A stretch of 64,000 nt of DNA from Guillardia theta CCMP2712 (GCF_000315625.1 NW_005434629.1:444575-508574); one strand, 5' to 3'. Counted from the stretch's first letter, positions 1-14,034 are shown. Made by a program: numbers and translations. Notes: generated by a model from the letters alone, not told the origin.

Positions 1-53
1 AGAGGAACTTGGACAAGAGGAGGAGGGAGAGGATGATTGTGTGCGGCTTCCAG

Positions 54-1118
54 GACGAGGAGGGTGAAGGGTCTGCTGGAGGGGCTGGTGACCAACTTCT
101 TCGTTATTGATAGCGATGGGTGTGTTGTGACATCGGTAAGGAGACGCTCCCTCCCCCCGCTCCCTCTCCCTCTCCCTCTCCCTCTCCCTCTCCCTCTCCC
201 TCTCCCTCCCTCCCTCTCCCCCCCCTGCATGCTTGCCGGCTGGCCTCTCCATTCGTGCCTGCCCGTTTCCTTTCTTTGCTATATCTTTCATTTCACCTTG
301 TTTTTCCATATCCTGTCATACTCGCTCTTCCTCTTCGTGTACCTCGGAACGTTTTCCTGTCTCGTTGCTGTTGTTGACATCCAAGTTGCCCGCATCCCCC
401 ATGATGTTGTCTTCAGGACAGGGACATTCTCTACGGACATGTTCGTGCGCTGCTCGTCTACGTCTGCAAGCGCCATGGCGTGCCGATAAGATTCGAGAAA
501 CCAAAGCTGGTAAGTGAACACAAACATGCATCCATTCACAGAGATGAGGACAGGCGGGCAGGCAGACACATGTCTTGCCTGATTTATCTCAAACACATGC
601 AGAATGATGTCGCTATCGTTCTCTTTCATCTCACCTCTGAAACTATTTTATGATCCTCCTCCTCCTCCTCCTCCTCCTTCATAACGATTTGTTCAGATCG
701 ATGCCAACTCCTGGGCCGGTGCCTTTCTCGCCAGCACCACCCGAGTCGTCCAACCCATCCAGGAGCTGAGATATTTCCGCAACGGCGATCAGAATGTCAG
801 AAGCTTCTCCGACTTTTCCAAGGTTTTCCTCCTCAACCCCGTGCCTCGTTGCTCCTCCTCCTCCTCCTCCTCCTCCTCCTCCTCCTCCTCCTCCTCAGTC
901 TCTCCCTCCTCCCCCACCTTCCAACTTTTCCTTTCCTCCTCGTCCTTGTCCCCGTCCTCTGCCTTCGCTGCTCGCGCTCGAGCTCGTGCTCGTGCTCGTG
1001 CCCCCCCCCTTCACCTTCTCCACCGCAACTTCTCCTCCTCCTCCTTCTCCCTCCCCCCTGACACAGCACTTCTCCTCAGGTCACGCGTATCCGCGAACTG
1101 CTGCTGCTGGAGGGCTAA
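54..1118 (+). CDS. PLP-dependent aminotransferase class IV family protein (3' part; 5' end lies outside the window)
   Basis: Exons 54-135, 417-509, 697-822 and 1080-1118 join in frame at GT-AG. Translation: LLEGLVTNFFVIDSDGCVVTS-DRDILYGHVRALLVYVCKRHGVPIRFEKPKL-IDANSWAGAFLASTTRVVQPI...-VTRIRELLLLEG*. This matches class IV motifs EG..xNFF, IL.G..R and AFL.ST.R.V.P. Confidence 0.8.
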
Positions 1119-4100
1119 ACGATTGCCTGCTGTGACATCCAGTCCTTCACTTGCTCCACCCACTCCCCTAGGACGCGGATGTCTTCGTCCTCCTCCCTCC
1201 TCAGAGTCGCGACCTGCTGGTCGGTCAACAGCTGCGAGGATCAGCACGGGAGAGTGAGCGGGAGAGAAGAGGAGGGAGGAAGGGAATCATGTAGGAGGAG
1301 GAGACGAGGACGGACAGGAGAACAGGGACGAGGTCGAGGAAAAGGGCGGCACCGCTATGAAATTCTCATAGGAAGTGACCATTTTCTTGATGTACGAGAT
1401 CTGCATGAAGGAAAGATGTTATCCCTCCCCCTCTTTCATTGCCTCCCCTCCTCCTCCCAGCCACCTCCCCCTCTCTTTCGGTAATTCCACTCCCCTTCCT
1501 CCTCCAATTCTCCATCCTGACCCTCCACAATCCCATTCGCTCCTCCTCCTCATCCTCCTCCTCCTCCTCCTCTTCCTACTCCTCCTCCTCCTCCTCTTCC
1601 CCTCCCCTCCTCCCCTCCTCGGCTCCTGACCTTGTCCTGCTCCATCACATTCATCAGGTGCTGGTAGAACGCCCCCATGTTCTTGTGCGACGCCGACTGA
1701 TACGGCATCGTCCTCGCCGTCGCCATACTCACTCGCTCCGCCATGGCTGCGATCGCCGTGTCGTTGCTGCTGATGGACAGAGAAGCATGCTCGTCTCTCA
1801 GTGCTGAGATGAAGAACTTCGAGGTGAAAGTGAGGGAGGAGAGGTAGGATTCTTCCGCTGCCCGTTCCCAATTGTCAAGCTCCCTTCCTCCCTCCTGCTC
1901 CTCCTGCTCCTCCTGCTCCTCCTGCTCCTCCTGCTCCTTCTCCTTCTGGTCTGCCACCTCTGCCTCCTCCTTGCTCAGCTTCTTTCTCTCGTTCTGCCGT
2001 CCCCCTTGCAGCTCCTTCCTCCCACCCTCCCTTCCTCCTCCTCTCCTCCCATCGTCCGCACAAACTTCCTGCGACTCCAGCCATGCCTCGATCCGCTGGG
2101 AGAAGTAGTTCCCCTCTCGCTCCTCCAGCAGCCGACGTCTCCTCCTCTCAAACCTCGGCGACAACGAAAGTGCAGCCATGCTCTCATTCGCCCATTTCTT
2201 GAACCAATCCCTCCCTCCTCCTCCTCCTCCTCCTCCTCCTCCTCCTCTTCTCTTCCGAGTGAAAAACACTTCTCTTGCCAGTCCAAACGGCCAGTCCTCA
2301 AACTCCTTCTGGGAGGAAGAGTAAGGAGGAGGGAAGTGGAGAAGAAAAGACATGGTGGGATGGACTGACTGACTGACTGACTGACTGACTGACTGACTGA
2401 CTGACTGACTGACTGACTGACTGACTGACTGACTGACTGACTGACTGACTGACTGACTGACTGACTGACTGACTGACTGACTGACTGACTGACTGACTGA
2501 CTGACTGACTGACTGACTGACTGACTGACCGACCGACTGACTGACTGACTGACTGACTGACTGACTGACTGACTGACTGACTGACTGACTGACTGACTGA
2601 CTGACTGACTGACTGACTGACTGACTGACTGACTGACTGACTGACTGACTGACTGACTGACTGACTGACTGACTGACTGACTGACTGACTGACTGACTGA
2701 CTGACTGACTGAGGGAGGAAGGGAGGGAGGGAGGAAGGTAGGGAGGAAGGTAGGGAAGGAGCGAGCGAGCGAGCGAGCGAGCGAGGCAGGCAGGCAAGCA
2801 GGGAGCGAAGGAGGGAAGGAGTGAACAGGACGATCGTAAGAGGGGGAAGGGAAGGGAAAGTGAGGCAGTAACATTTGTATCACCTGCCATGAATCGTCCG
2901 AGGGAGGTCGCCTACCTAACAGGAATATCCTCCTCCTGCCCATAGCCCCCTCCTCCCTGTCCTCCTTCCTCCTCTGTCTCTTGTCCTTTGTCCTCCCCTC
3001 CTTCCCCCTCTTGTCCCTCCTCTTGTCCCTCCTTTGTCCCCTCTCCCTCTCCTCCTCCCCTCTCCCAAGGTTCGCCTCGAGGAAGCAGCGGAGGTTATAG
3101 ACGTGCTCGTCGCAGTGCGGCACTTCTGGTGCATACCTCCTTCCAGGCAGCACGACAGGGGTCGAAAGAAACTCCTGCACAGGAAAATCAGCTCCTCCTT
3201 CCGTTCTCTTCAGATCCTCCTCCAGCTCCCTCCAGCTCCTCCTCCCATTCTCTTCAGCTCCTCTTCCCGTCCCCTCGTCAACTTTCCTGCCCCCCCAACA
3301 ACACCATCGAAATAGTCTCCTCCTTCTCCTCCTCCTCCTCCTCCTCCTCCTTTCTCCCTAAAGCTTCTGCCCTTTCCTTCTCCCCTGACCATGACCTGTT
3401 GAGCTTGAAACCATTCTCCCTTCATCATCGCTGTGTTGAGCAGAAGAACATCTTGCCGTCTCCTGCATGATGTGAGGGGGAGGATCAGGAAAGTGACTTC
3501 AGGTAAAGATGATGAGGAGTAGAAGTTTGGAGGAGAAAGGGGGGATCAAATGGCACAGAGATGTATTGGTGTGAAGGGAAAGGGGAGTAGGAGCAGGGGC
3601 AAGAGCAGGAGCAGGGGCAGGGGCAGGGGCAGGGGCAGGAGCAGGGGCAGGGGCAGGGGCAGGAGCAGGAGCAGGAGCAGGAGCACAAGAAGGCACAGAA
3701 GCAGACCTCTCGCAGCTTCGTAGGTAGAGGACGGGAAAATAGTTGAGATCTCCCGAGCAAAGAGCTATAGAATGAGGAGGAAGCGCAGAAAGCTGGTCCA
3801 GTGCAAACCTGACGAATCATGTCAAAAGTTATCAATCCCTCGTTCATGATCCTTGTATCAATCTTCAAATGACCTGTTCAACCTCTCTCCTCTCCTCTCC
3901 TGTCTCCTCTCCTCTCCTCTCCTCTCCTCTCCACTCCTCTCCTCCTACTCCGTTCTTCTTTTTTCACTCCCTTGGTTCGACAATCGCTTTTCACCTGTGC
4001 ACTATCATGTTGTTGTACATGTTCCTTCGAGGAAAATTTCTCATCAGTTGCAAAGCAATGATTGCTAACCGATCAAAGGTCAAATCAATCAACAATCATG

Positions 4101-4510
4101 AATTCAGCACCTGCTAACACGACAGGACGTACAAACTGGCCAGCCCGCACATTGAGCAAGCTCTGGACACTTGTCGATGCTCCGTAGGCTATGACGAGGA
4201 AAACAACCTTGCACGACAAGGATGAGCCAAATCACTCAGTGAAGCAAGCTGACCCACTTGATTTGGTTGCATCCAGAACCTTCTCAAGATATCATCGTAG
4301 AATTTCTGATTTACGAACATCACAAAACCAGCTTTGTCAAAGATGCAGCATTCACGGAGTCTGGAAGGTTTGCGAGTGAAGTGAAGATCGCCATGTAAAC
4401 GGCCAAGTAAACAACAAGGTACGCCCCTCCTGTGACCTGGTTTGCATCCTTTGCCAGAAGCAGAAGCTGTAATAGCACAAAAGACAATCATCCGAGCATG
4501 AGTCAAGACA

Positions 4511-4555
<45 letters not shown>

Positions 4556-5841
4556 ACTTGAAAACATCGTCACACGTACAATGAGTCCAAGAACGAACAA
4601 GAATGGCCCAACTCCTGCCGTCTCCTCGTTCAAGTTGCTCCAGTAGTCAGCGACGTTCCTCTTCCATCTGCTCTCCCACGTCTGAACGCTTGTGGTGTTG
4701 CTGGAGAGCTCTGCTCAACAGATTCAGAGAGAGCGGGAGCAGGAGCAAGACAAGTCCAGATCAGCAGGGTGGATCAAAATGTTAGCGAACAATACCTGAT
4801 CGACCAGACGTGTAAAGTTGGAAAGTTCCATACTCCTCTCTCAGTACATGTCGCAATAGTCCTCTCATATCTTGAAACAATCCCCAACTCCCCATGGGAG
4901 GTCGAGACCCTGACGCGATAGTCAAGGACAGGTGAAGCAGAGCAGAGGATGATGGGGACAGGTGAAGCAGAGCAGAAGAGCATGGGAACAACGGAACATG
5001 CACAATGCTGGCGAAGACAACACAGGCAACGAACACGCAAAACATGGTGAGAGAGGTACAAACAGAGACTTACAAGACGACAAGTGACAAAACACGGTAG
5101 CAGATGCATGAAAAGAAGAAGATTGTTCAGGTTCGAACACGAGTCATCCAACAGAGAGATCTGCTGACTACCTGCAACGAAGAGGTAGCAGTATGGACTC
5201 AACCCCAGCACGAACAGAACCAACAGCACAAGCATCCTCCTCGGATGCAGGAGACTGAGCCGACTCCTCCAGACTGCAAAGACGACGGAAACCAGGACGA
5301 GCACAACGATTGTGTGCTGGTTCGTAAGAGCAAGGCCACACAGGAACGACCCGAGCAGGGGCGTCCAGCCCCGCTGGTGGCGGAGGAAGTGAAGGGTGAG
5401 GAGGAGGATGGAGGAGGAGAAGATGTTGTTGAGCGCGAAGACCTCGAACTGAGTACTGAACTTCCATGCCGTGTTGGAAAACGCAAAGAGACCAGCGGCA
5501 AATACGCTGCATGCAACGTCCCCCGTGAGGGACTCGGCGGCTGCGAACTGCATGCTGGCGGCAGCAGCACCCAAAAAGGAGGAGAGGAGAGCGAGCTTTG
5601 AAGAGGGCGGCATGTCGACATGTGACAGCATCGCCAGCCATGCTCTCCCAATCATCGTCAGCAAGGGATACCCTGGGGGGTGCGCTACTCCACCAGTACA
5701 CGCCATTGCCATCAGCTCTCCTGCGTCCCCTCCCGGGACCCCCCGGTATCTTGTTGACGAGTAGACCAGCAGTGAAGTCAAGAAGCAACACAGCATGGCC
5801 GAAATATTGCACAGACAACCGCAGGTTCTCCCCCCTTGCAT
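1115..5841 (-). CDS. TMEM260: TMEM260/DUF2723-family protein O-mannosyltransferase-like membrane protein (multi-exon)
   Basis: N-terminal motifs VPGGDAGEL, GGVAHPPGYPL, EVFALNN, GLALTNQHT and HVLREEYGTFQL. Downstream exons give QDVLLLNTAMMKGEWF, VVLPGRRY, YNLRCFLEANL, EDWPFG, DNWE and HKNMG, paralleling the TMEM260 luminal region. Last exon ...WMSQQAIV* ends with TAG at 1117-1115. The ATG at 5841 is the likely start. Confidence 0.85.
2363..2712. repeat. (GACT)n tetranucleotide microsatellite, about 350 bp, intronic
   Basis: Near-perfect GACT array with a GACC interruption near 2530, inside a TMEM260-like intron. Confidence 0.97.
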
Positions 5842-6281
5842 GGTCGACAAGCGAAGATCCCAGCGCGTCCTTGTCAGTGAGGGCGCAGGATGGTCTGGGT
5901 TGGCCTCGTGTTGGACGTTTGCATCTTCATCAGTGTCTACATCGCTCTCCTCCTCGTCCTCCTCGTCTTCATCCTCCTCGTCCTCCTTGCCTTCCTCTGC
6001 ATCGCATTTCTCTGGATCAACTTGTCCCCGATAACTTCTTTTTTTCTTTTACAGCCCTTTTAGAGCCCTTTACCGCCGGCACCGCCAGGCCCGTGCCACT
6101 GCCGATCGGACAGGCCCGGGCCCGCTGCCGCCGTTCGCCAGCCTGAGACTCGCCGCGGAGACTCTCAAAGTTCGGAACGTCAGTCAGTCGTTGAAGTAAT
6201 AAGACCATATAGAGTTCCAAAAGCTTATGATACACTACTGATACACTTGCCCCCCCCCTCCCGCAGTGTCTGGCAACCGGG

Positions 6282-9200
6282 TCACTCTTCTTCCCCCTCG
6301 AGCTCGAGAAGTATCTCCTTTATGATCAGCTCCGTGTTGTCCTTCAGCAGGTTAGAAACGTCCTCCATCACCTGCCAACCTTTCTCAGCGGGAATCTGAG
6401 TGAACTTCGGCACCCCCCGGCCCCCCTCCCCCTGATCGGACCGGGGACATTACTAGCACAGTGACCAACTCTGGGGCCCTCATCCCCTGGGCTGACCTGT
6501 TTGCGGTGGGCGAGAAGGAGGGTCTTGAGCTCTCTAGTGAGCTGAAAGTTGTCCCCTCCTGCTGACGAGGAGACGTCCCCTGATAACTGCCGCTCTACAC
6601 CATTCCATTCCGGGGACTCAGCTGATTCCGAGCTGGCGGTGCTGTTGGGCAAGCCCAGGCCGGCCCCGTTGGTCTCGGCGATGACAGGGAGAAAGCCATG
6701 GCCGCTGTTCGAGTTCATGAGGGGAATGTGATCGACGGGCTGGATCAGCGGAGTGGTTCTTATGACTGCGAGCAAGCCTGTGAGGAAGGGAAGGAGGGGA
6801 AGGAGGAAGGGAGGGGGAGAGGGAGAGGGAGAGGGAGAGGGGAGAGGGAGAGGGAGAGGGAGAGGGAGAGGGAGAGGGAGAGGGAGAGGGAGAGGAGAGG
6901 GAGAGGGAGAGGGAGAGGGAGAGGGAGAGGGAGGAGGGAGAGGGAGAGGGAGAGGGNNNNNNNNNNNNNNNNNNNNNNNNNNNNNNNNNNNNNNNNNNNN
7001 NNNNNNNNNNNNNNNNNNNNNNNNNNNNNNNNNNNNNNNNNNNNNNNNNNNNNNNNAGAGGGAGAGGGAGGAGAGGACGGGGAGAAGGAAGGGGGCCCGA
7101 AAGAAGGAGGCGGGAAGAAAACAGGTAGCTCACGATCGCTGCTGTTTCTGCTCTCCTGAGCGCTGACAGTAGATTCCGAGCTCTGACTTGGAGTTCGTGA
7201 CAGGTCCTCCTTGGAATAGGTGCTGCAGACGTGGGGTTAGACAGAAACTGCCTGAGGTGGGAGATAGTACATACCTCATCTCTGCCTGGGAATGTTCGGA
7301 GAGAAAGTTGGTCACATAGTTGTCATCGCCGGATCCCTGGAAAGATTTTCTTGGGAAAATAGTTTCTCTGCTCACTGCACAGAGGAGAGGACAACATGGT
7401 CATAGGGAGCACGAGAGCGCATGCGCTGGTGATTTACCTCGCTTCTTCAGCTCTCCTTGGATGTTCAACCCCGTTTTGGATAGCTTGATCGAATGAGTCA
7501 GCTAATGGAGGGAGGGAGCAAGGAGGGAGGGAGGGAGGGAGGGAGGGAGGGAGGGAGCAAGGGAGCAAGGGAGAGGGAGAGGGAGAGGGAGAGGAAGAGG
7601 GAGGACTGACATTCTTGAATTCCTCATCTTCGTACGCCTCCGCAAACGTTGTGCTGATCACAGTGATGGGCAGAGCGAGAATGATCGGGCCGCTGAACAT
7701 AATGAAGAATCCTTGAGATCTATAGTTATTCAAAACGAACGAGAGCAGCGAATGGGAAGGGTAGCAGGGAGGGAGGGAGGATGGGAGGGAGGGAGGGAGG
7801 GAGAAAAGAAGGCAAGGAGGGAAAACCTAGAACTTTCCCTCCGACGGAGCTTGGATACATGTCTCCGTATCCCGTGGTTGTCACTGTTGTCAGACACCAG
7901 TAACCGGAGATGAAGATGCTCGAGAATTGACTCTTTGCCCTGCACAAACAAGCAAGAGACATTAGATGATACTTAATACCCAAGCTCAAAACAAGGTACA
8001 CGTCTTGCTATCACAGGAAAGAAATTCTAGGTGTTTACGAGAGGAAGCCCTCACACTTCACGTATCCTCCTCCTCCTCCTCCTCCTCCTCCTCCTCCTCC
8101 TCAAATCACGATCACAATCATCATCATAAAAAAGCGGAGATGGACGCATCATGCTCACCGGCACCATGAATGTCCTTGGCATCCATCGCTGAACGTCGCT
8201 CCTTTGTATGTATGGGGGATGGCGTACCATCCCTTACCATCTTCTGCTGATCCACCACACATGCTGTTGAGAACTTTTCAGACATGCAACAGCATACAAA
8301 GATGATCTCTTACTTGTTGAACTCATCACACCACACACCCCTTTCCGCGAAGTACATGGCGCTGATCATGATGTCAAGAACGGTGTAGCAGAAGAGCAAA
8401 GTGACGTGAAACAACAAAGGAGGACTGAAGGAGGATGAGGTTGCAAAGGGGAAGGCAGCAGCGGGGAGCACGAAAGAAAGTAGGTGTTGATTGTGGAGGA
8501 GGTCCCCCAGACCTGCTGAAAAGAGTGACAGCGATGGAAACGAAGAAAATGAGCATTCCTAGTGGCTCAATACTTGTCCGGATCGTCCTGAGGCAAGCAA
8601 CCCATCAGCAGCAGACAAGAGTTGGTGCACCTCAAACCTTGCCAAGAGCTCGGATCCCGAGCTGTACTTGATTATCCTCAACAACCTGAAAACCCTTCCA
8701 ATCTTTATGACCTGTCACGGCTCCGCTCAAAACAGTCGAAAGTCATTCACTGTATCTCACTTGAATCGCTCCACTTCTCCGGGAACCAGCAAGCTGCGCA
8801 CATCTTCAGTCTCTTACGGCGATCATGGCAGAGAAATTACCAGTCTGATGTAGAAGGGAAGGATCGAGAGAAGGTCAATCATGTTTGCAATCCGCAAGAC
8901 AAACGAAACCCTCGCTAGGAGCTTTGTCAACCATACTGGTTGTCATACGATCAGGTCAGGATCCCATCTCACAGCAATCAGCAAGCTCTTCTTCTACCTG
9001 GTTTGTTGACTGTGGAATCACTCACTTGGTCTCCCTCGGGAGTTACCGCCTTGTTGTATCCGAAGAGCCGAGGTGCTGGCAGGTACTCGACGTATATGTC
9101 CGGACAGGTGATAACACGCAATACGTAGTCTATTGTGAAGATGGCGATACAAACAATGTCGATTTGGTGCCAAACTCCATCCGTACTCCCGCAGCACAAT

Positions 9201-9544
9201 GAAGGGATCGTTTCTGCTATGAAGGAGGTGCAGCTGATGATGATGGTAACGATCAAAACGATCTGCGACAATCTTTCATCTGATGTATACACATCAAAAG
9301 GCGAACTACCATCCAAACAGAGGCCAGTCTGCTCGAAGAAGGATGCTCCAGCGTATTCCAAACCTATTCACACCATGAAACCAATGCGCGGAACGACAAG
9401 ACGACATCTCACATGTCCGCTCAATCTGTCCAAGATTGATGCGTCTGGAGAAACACTGATGTAGGACGATGTCTTGCGCAGCCCCTTGCGCTCCTCTGCT
9501 TCGCTGCGGCTGGCCTTGCTATTCCGGCGATAGACAGCCCTCAT
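6282..9544 (-). CDS. Voltage-gated (6TM) potassium channel alpha subunit (multi-exon; start approximate)
   Basis: S1/S2 TIIISCTSFIAETIP...IAIFTIDYVLRV; S3 NMIDLLSILPFYI; S4 KIGRVFRLLRIIKYS; S5 LGMLIFFVSIAVTLFS; pore YWCLTTVTTTGYGDMYP (about 7855-7905); S6 IILALPITVISTTF. Last exon ...ELEGEEE* ends with TGA at 6284-6282. Confidence 0.9.
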
Positions 9545-12500
9545 GTCTGCATGCACTCAGCCAGCTTGATCGAGTCTGTCAAGCCCTGCAAAAACGGCAG
9601 AGGGCTGGAACAGAGCTCAAGTCAGGGCAAGGTCGAAGTTTAGCAAAACAAGATATTTGTCAAGGTTGGGCTGTAGATGAATAATTTCACAACTCCTCGA
9701 TATGCTAAGAGTTCAAGAATTCATCCGCTATGTTGCAACACACGACCCCAAATCCTAGTTGCTAAATCAGACTCGCCTAACTCTTCATTCATCGTACTCA
9801 TCTACACTCTTGGAATTGCCTCTACATCGCTCCAACATCATCGCCATGATTCTACTGAATCTTTCACCCCGCTCATCATGGCCCTCTAACTTCAAAAGTC
9901 CGTTCCGTAACTCTGGCATACTGAACTACTAGTTCAATCACACTCCTCAGTGACCGCTCTCACGGTCTCCCCTGTCAAGTTGGTGTTCAACAGTCACAGT
10001 GACGGTGGGAGCCGCTGAGCACTGGCATGACCACTGCGGCTGTGCATGACCCCAGGATGGCCACCGTTCCGCCGCCATCACCACAACCGCAACAGCATGT
10101 TGACAACCGTTACGGTCCCCGGGAGCTCAGGCTAAAACATTCGGTCGCAGGTAACTGTCAAATAACGTCCGTAACTGCGAGTAAAATTGCCCAAAATAAC
10201 TTATCTCGTCACTACAGGCTACCGTGTCACGGTCCGACGGTCCAATCGGCTAGTCGGCAACGGTACTACTTGAACCGTTTTCAATGTGGCCCGCCCGGCC
10301 CGAGTCCGTCGAGTCCCGCGCGGCCGGGCCGCCCGGCCGGGCCCGGCCAGGCCCAGTGTCCGGCTCAGTCCGACACTGGTGAGGGCCACGGCGACATCCG
10401 ACTGCCAGCGGCTGCCAGCCTGGCAGGGCACTGCATGCGGCAGGCCCAGTGCCTGAGTGGCCGGGCCCGGGCCCCCGGCCCAGGGCGCGGGCCCTTCCGA
10501 ACTGGCCGCAGTGACTGGTCCTGCGCCGCCGCAGCTCACGGTACGGTCACTGTTAAGTGAAGGTATCAGCACGGTTAAGCCTTCAATGGTGAGTGTGATT
10601 TTTCTAGTAACTTGGCTTTACTTTGAATAATCTAACCGCCGCGCCGCCGGGGGTGAACTAAGTCCCCGGCGTCCGACTGACCGTGCCCGCCGGTCACCGG
10701 CCTCCCGGCGTGTCCCGGCCGAACCCGGTGCGGCCGCACGGTCAGCGACGCGCGCCGCGGCCGATCCGAGCCGAAGGGCCACCGTGCTGTGAACGTGACT
10801 GCCCGGACCGTACGCACGCCTGCGGCCGCCGGCCCGCCGCCCGGCCCGGCCGCGGGGGACCGGGAGCCGGGCCGACAGCGGCAGCCCGGGCCGGCCCGAT
10901 CCAATCATCCACCGTGGCTCTGAGTACAGTGGTCTCACGAAGTTGGCGACCACTGCGTATTTCCACCCCACCCCCTCCGGATTTTACTTGATTGTCCTAA
11001 ACAATTTCCCCACACCCCTACTGATATTTTTGGAGGACCCACCCTACCCCATCCTACTATTAGTTCAAACGCAGTCCCCTTTTGAAATGTTGAGATGCCG
11101 ACATGGCGCTATGGAGCTGCTTCGCTGACGTCACGAGGAAAGCAAATGGGACCCCCTACCATCATGTCCTTTCATGAAGAGTACCCTACCCCCTCCGCTC
11201 CACCACCACCCTTGCTTCCCCGTTACCCCATGTTGAATCCACCAGACTACCCCCACCTATCTATTCAACTGAGCCCCAACCCTTGGTAGAGATGAAGACC
11301 CCACCCCGGGTCATAGCCACCCCACACACCAACAAGGAAAGGGGTTTACCTACCCTTTTCGAGTGTGGGGGGGTCTTACCTGAGCCCGCCTAGCGTTCGA
11401 ATTAAAGTATTCTTGATTTTTTCCATAATTGAACAGTTTCAATTTTTGCTGCCTTCCATTCTTATTTACCCCCTTCCAGAACGGGTAGAATGATCACCGT
11501 ACCACCACCCCATACGAGAAGACAACCCACGGAATACTACCCCTACCATGCTATCTGAAACGCCATACTGTAGATGACCCCCATATACCAACAAGGAACT
11601 TGAGAATTCCCACCCCCCAACCTCCTGGAATTCAGTCTCACCCCCACCCACTCCTAGGCCCGTTTGAAGGTCTAAGTCCTTTTTCCCCAATCAGTTGGCC
11701 TACGTATTCAAATTTCAAACTGTTTTCGACAAATTTAGTAATTTCTTACAAAATACAGACCGCATCCTTCCTATCATTCCCAAATATTTGAGTGTACACA
11801 GACAAATATTGAACATTTTGTCATAATGGGGGAGAGCTAGCACGCCAATCCCTTCAACTCAACGAGGGTCCCTAAGACCCAAATCTTGTACTCGGATAGG
11901 ACCGATTGTGACTAGGAAATACCCAAGAAGGGGTCCCTGACAAAATTGAGGGGTAGTCATCGTATCTGGTTGTCAAGTAGGGGGTACTTTTGTAGTAACG
12001 ATAAGTCAAAGGACTGGGTTACTATTTTGGAACTAGGGTTGTGTCTCATGGGGGGTAGTGAACAGAAACGAGGGCAAGTGGAGTATATAAGGGGGTGATC
12101 AATGTTGAGTATTGTGCTCTTGTGATAGGAATATAGGGGTGGGTGGTGTTTTTTTTAAACATGGGGTGTTGTCGGGTCAAATGAGGGTGGGGTATGTGAG
12201 CTGTTGCCTCTTATGAAAGGTGGGTACCTACCCACTATACCATTTTTCGATAATTTGCCGATACTTTGGTGGGTTCACATCTGAGATGGACTTGGGGAAG
12301 CGTGTAAACAAGGGGTGGGGTAGTAATCGAGGAGTCGCGAAATGCTCGGGGTGCTAGTGTTTGCCCCCATCTGAGTAGGTGGGGTCCTGAAGACAGGGTA
12401 GCGGTGACGATGGGGTAGGGTACTACGTTGCCGCGCTGGATCCCCTCCTCGCTGCTCCTCCCTACCCCTCCCTCCTCGTCTGCATCCTCACCCGTATTCT

Positions 12501-12576
12501 CTCCTCCTTCAGCGCCCTCCTGTTTTCAGTGTGCGTTACGCCCTTCCAGTTAAACAGATCTATCACTTCCTGTTAG

Positions 12577-13545
<969 letters not shown>

Positions 13546-14034
13546 TCTCTTGATGCTGAATAAACATGTTCCTTCCTCTGCTCTTTCTCGGAATCAGAGG
13601 GAGGAAGGGGAGCGATGGACGGACAAAGCTTTCAACCGGAGCCTCTGGTGGAGTGCAGGCAATGCGATGATGAAGGAACTGTTCCTTGAACGAATGTTTT
13701 GCAACAGAAGTTGAGGGAAATTTTGTACACTGTGCAAAACTAGCTCGACGGAGTGCTCGTTCGCTCTGAATTGATTGTATTTTCGGGAGGGCAACAGATT
13801 CTGTTTTACGTCATCGAGTATAGTTTGCTTGCTCCGTGATTACTTTGCGTCCTTAACTTGTTTAGTAAATCTTCGAGAATTATGTCGCTTCAGAATTTGA
13901 AAACTAGTTGGATATGTAGTCTAAAATCCCCTCATTGTCACCAAGAGCGAGATGTTGAACTTGATTGTGATACAACGAACAAGAATCTCAGCGATGGACC
14001 ACAATATATTTCTTTTCGAATCAAATGAATTAGC

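Noticed and set aside
1550-3180. Long ORFs with (SQSV)n repeats
   Set aside because: Read-through of the intronic (GACT)n microsatellite between real TMEM260-like exons.
10027-10991. Arg/Pro/Gly-rich ORFs in GC islands (also 44160-45105)
   Set aside because: Expected by chance in very high GC sequence; no domain or splice structure.
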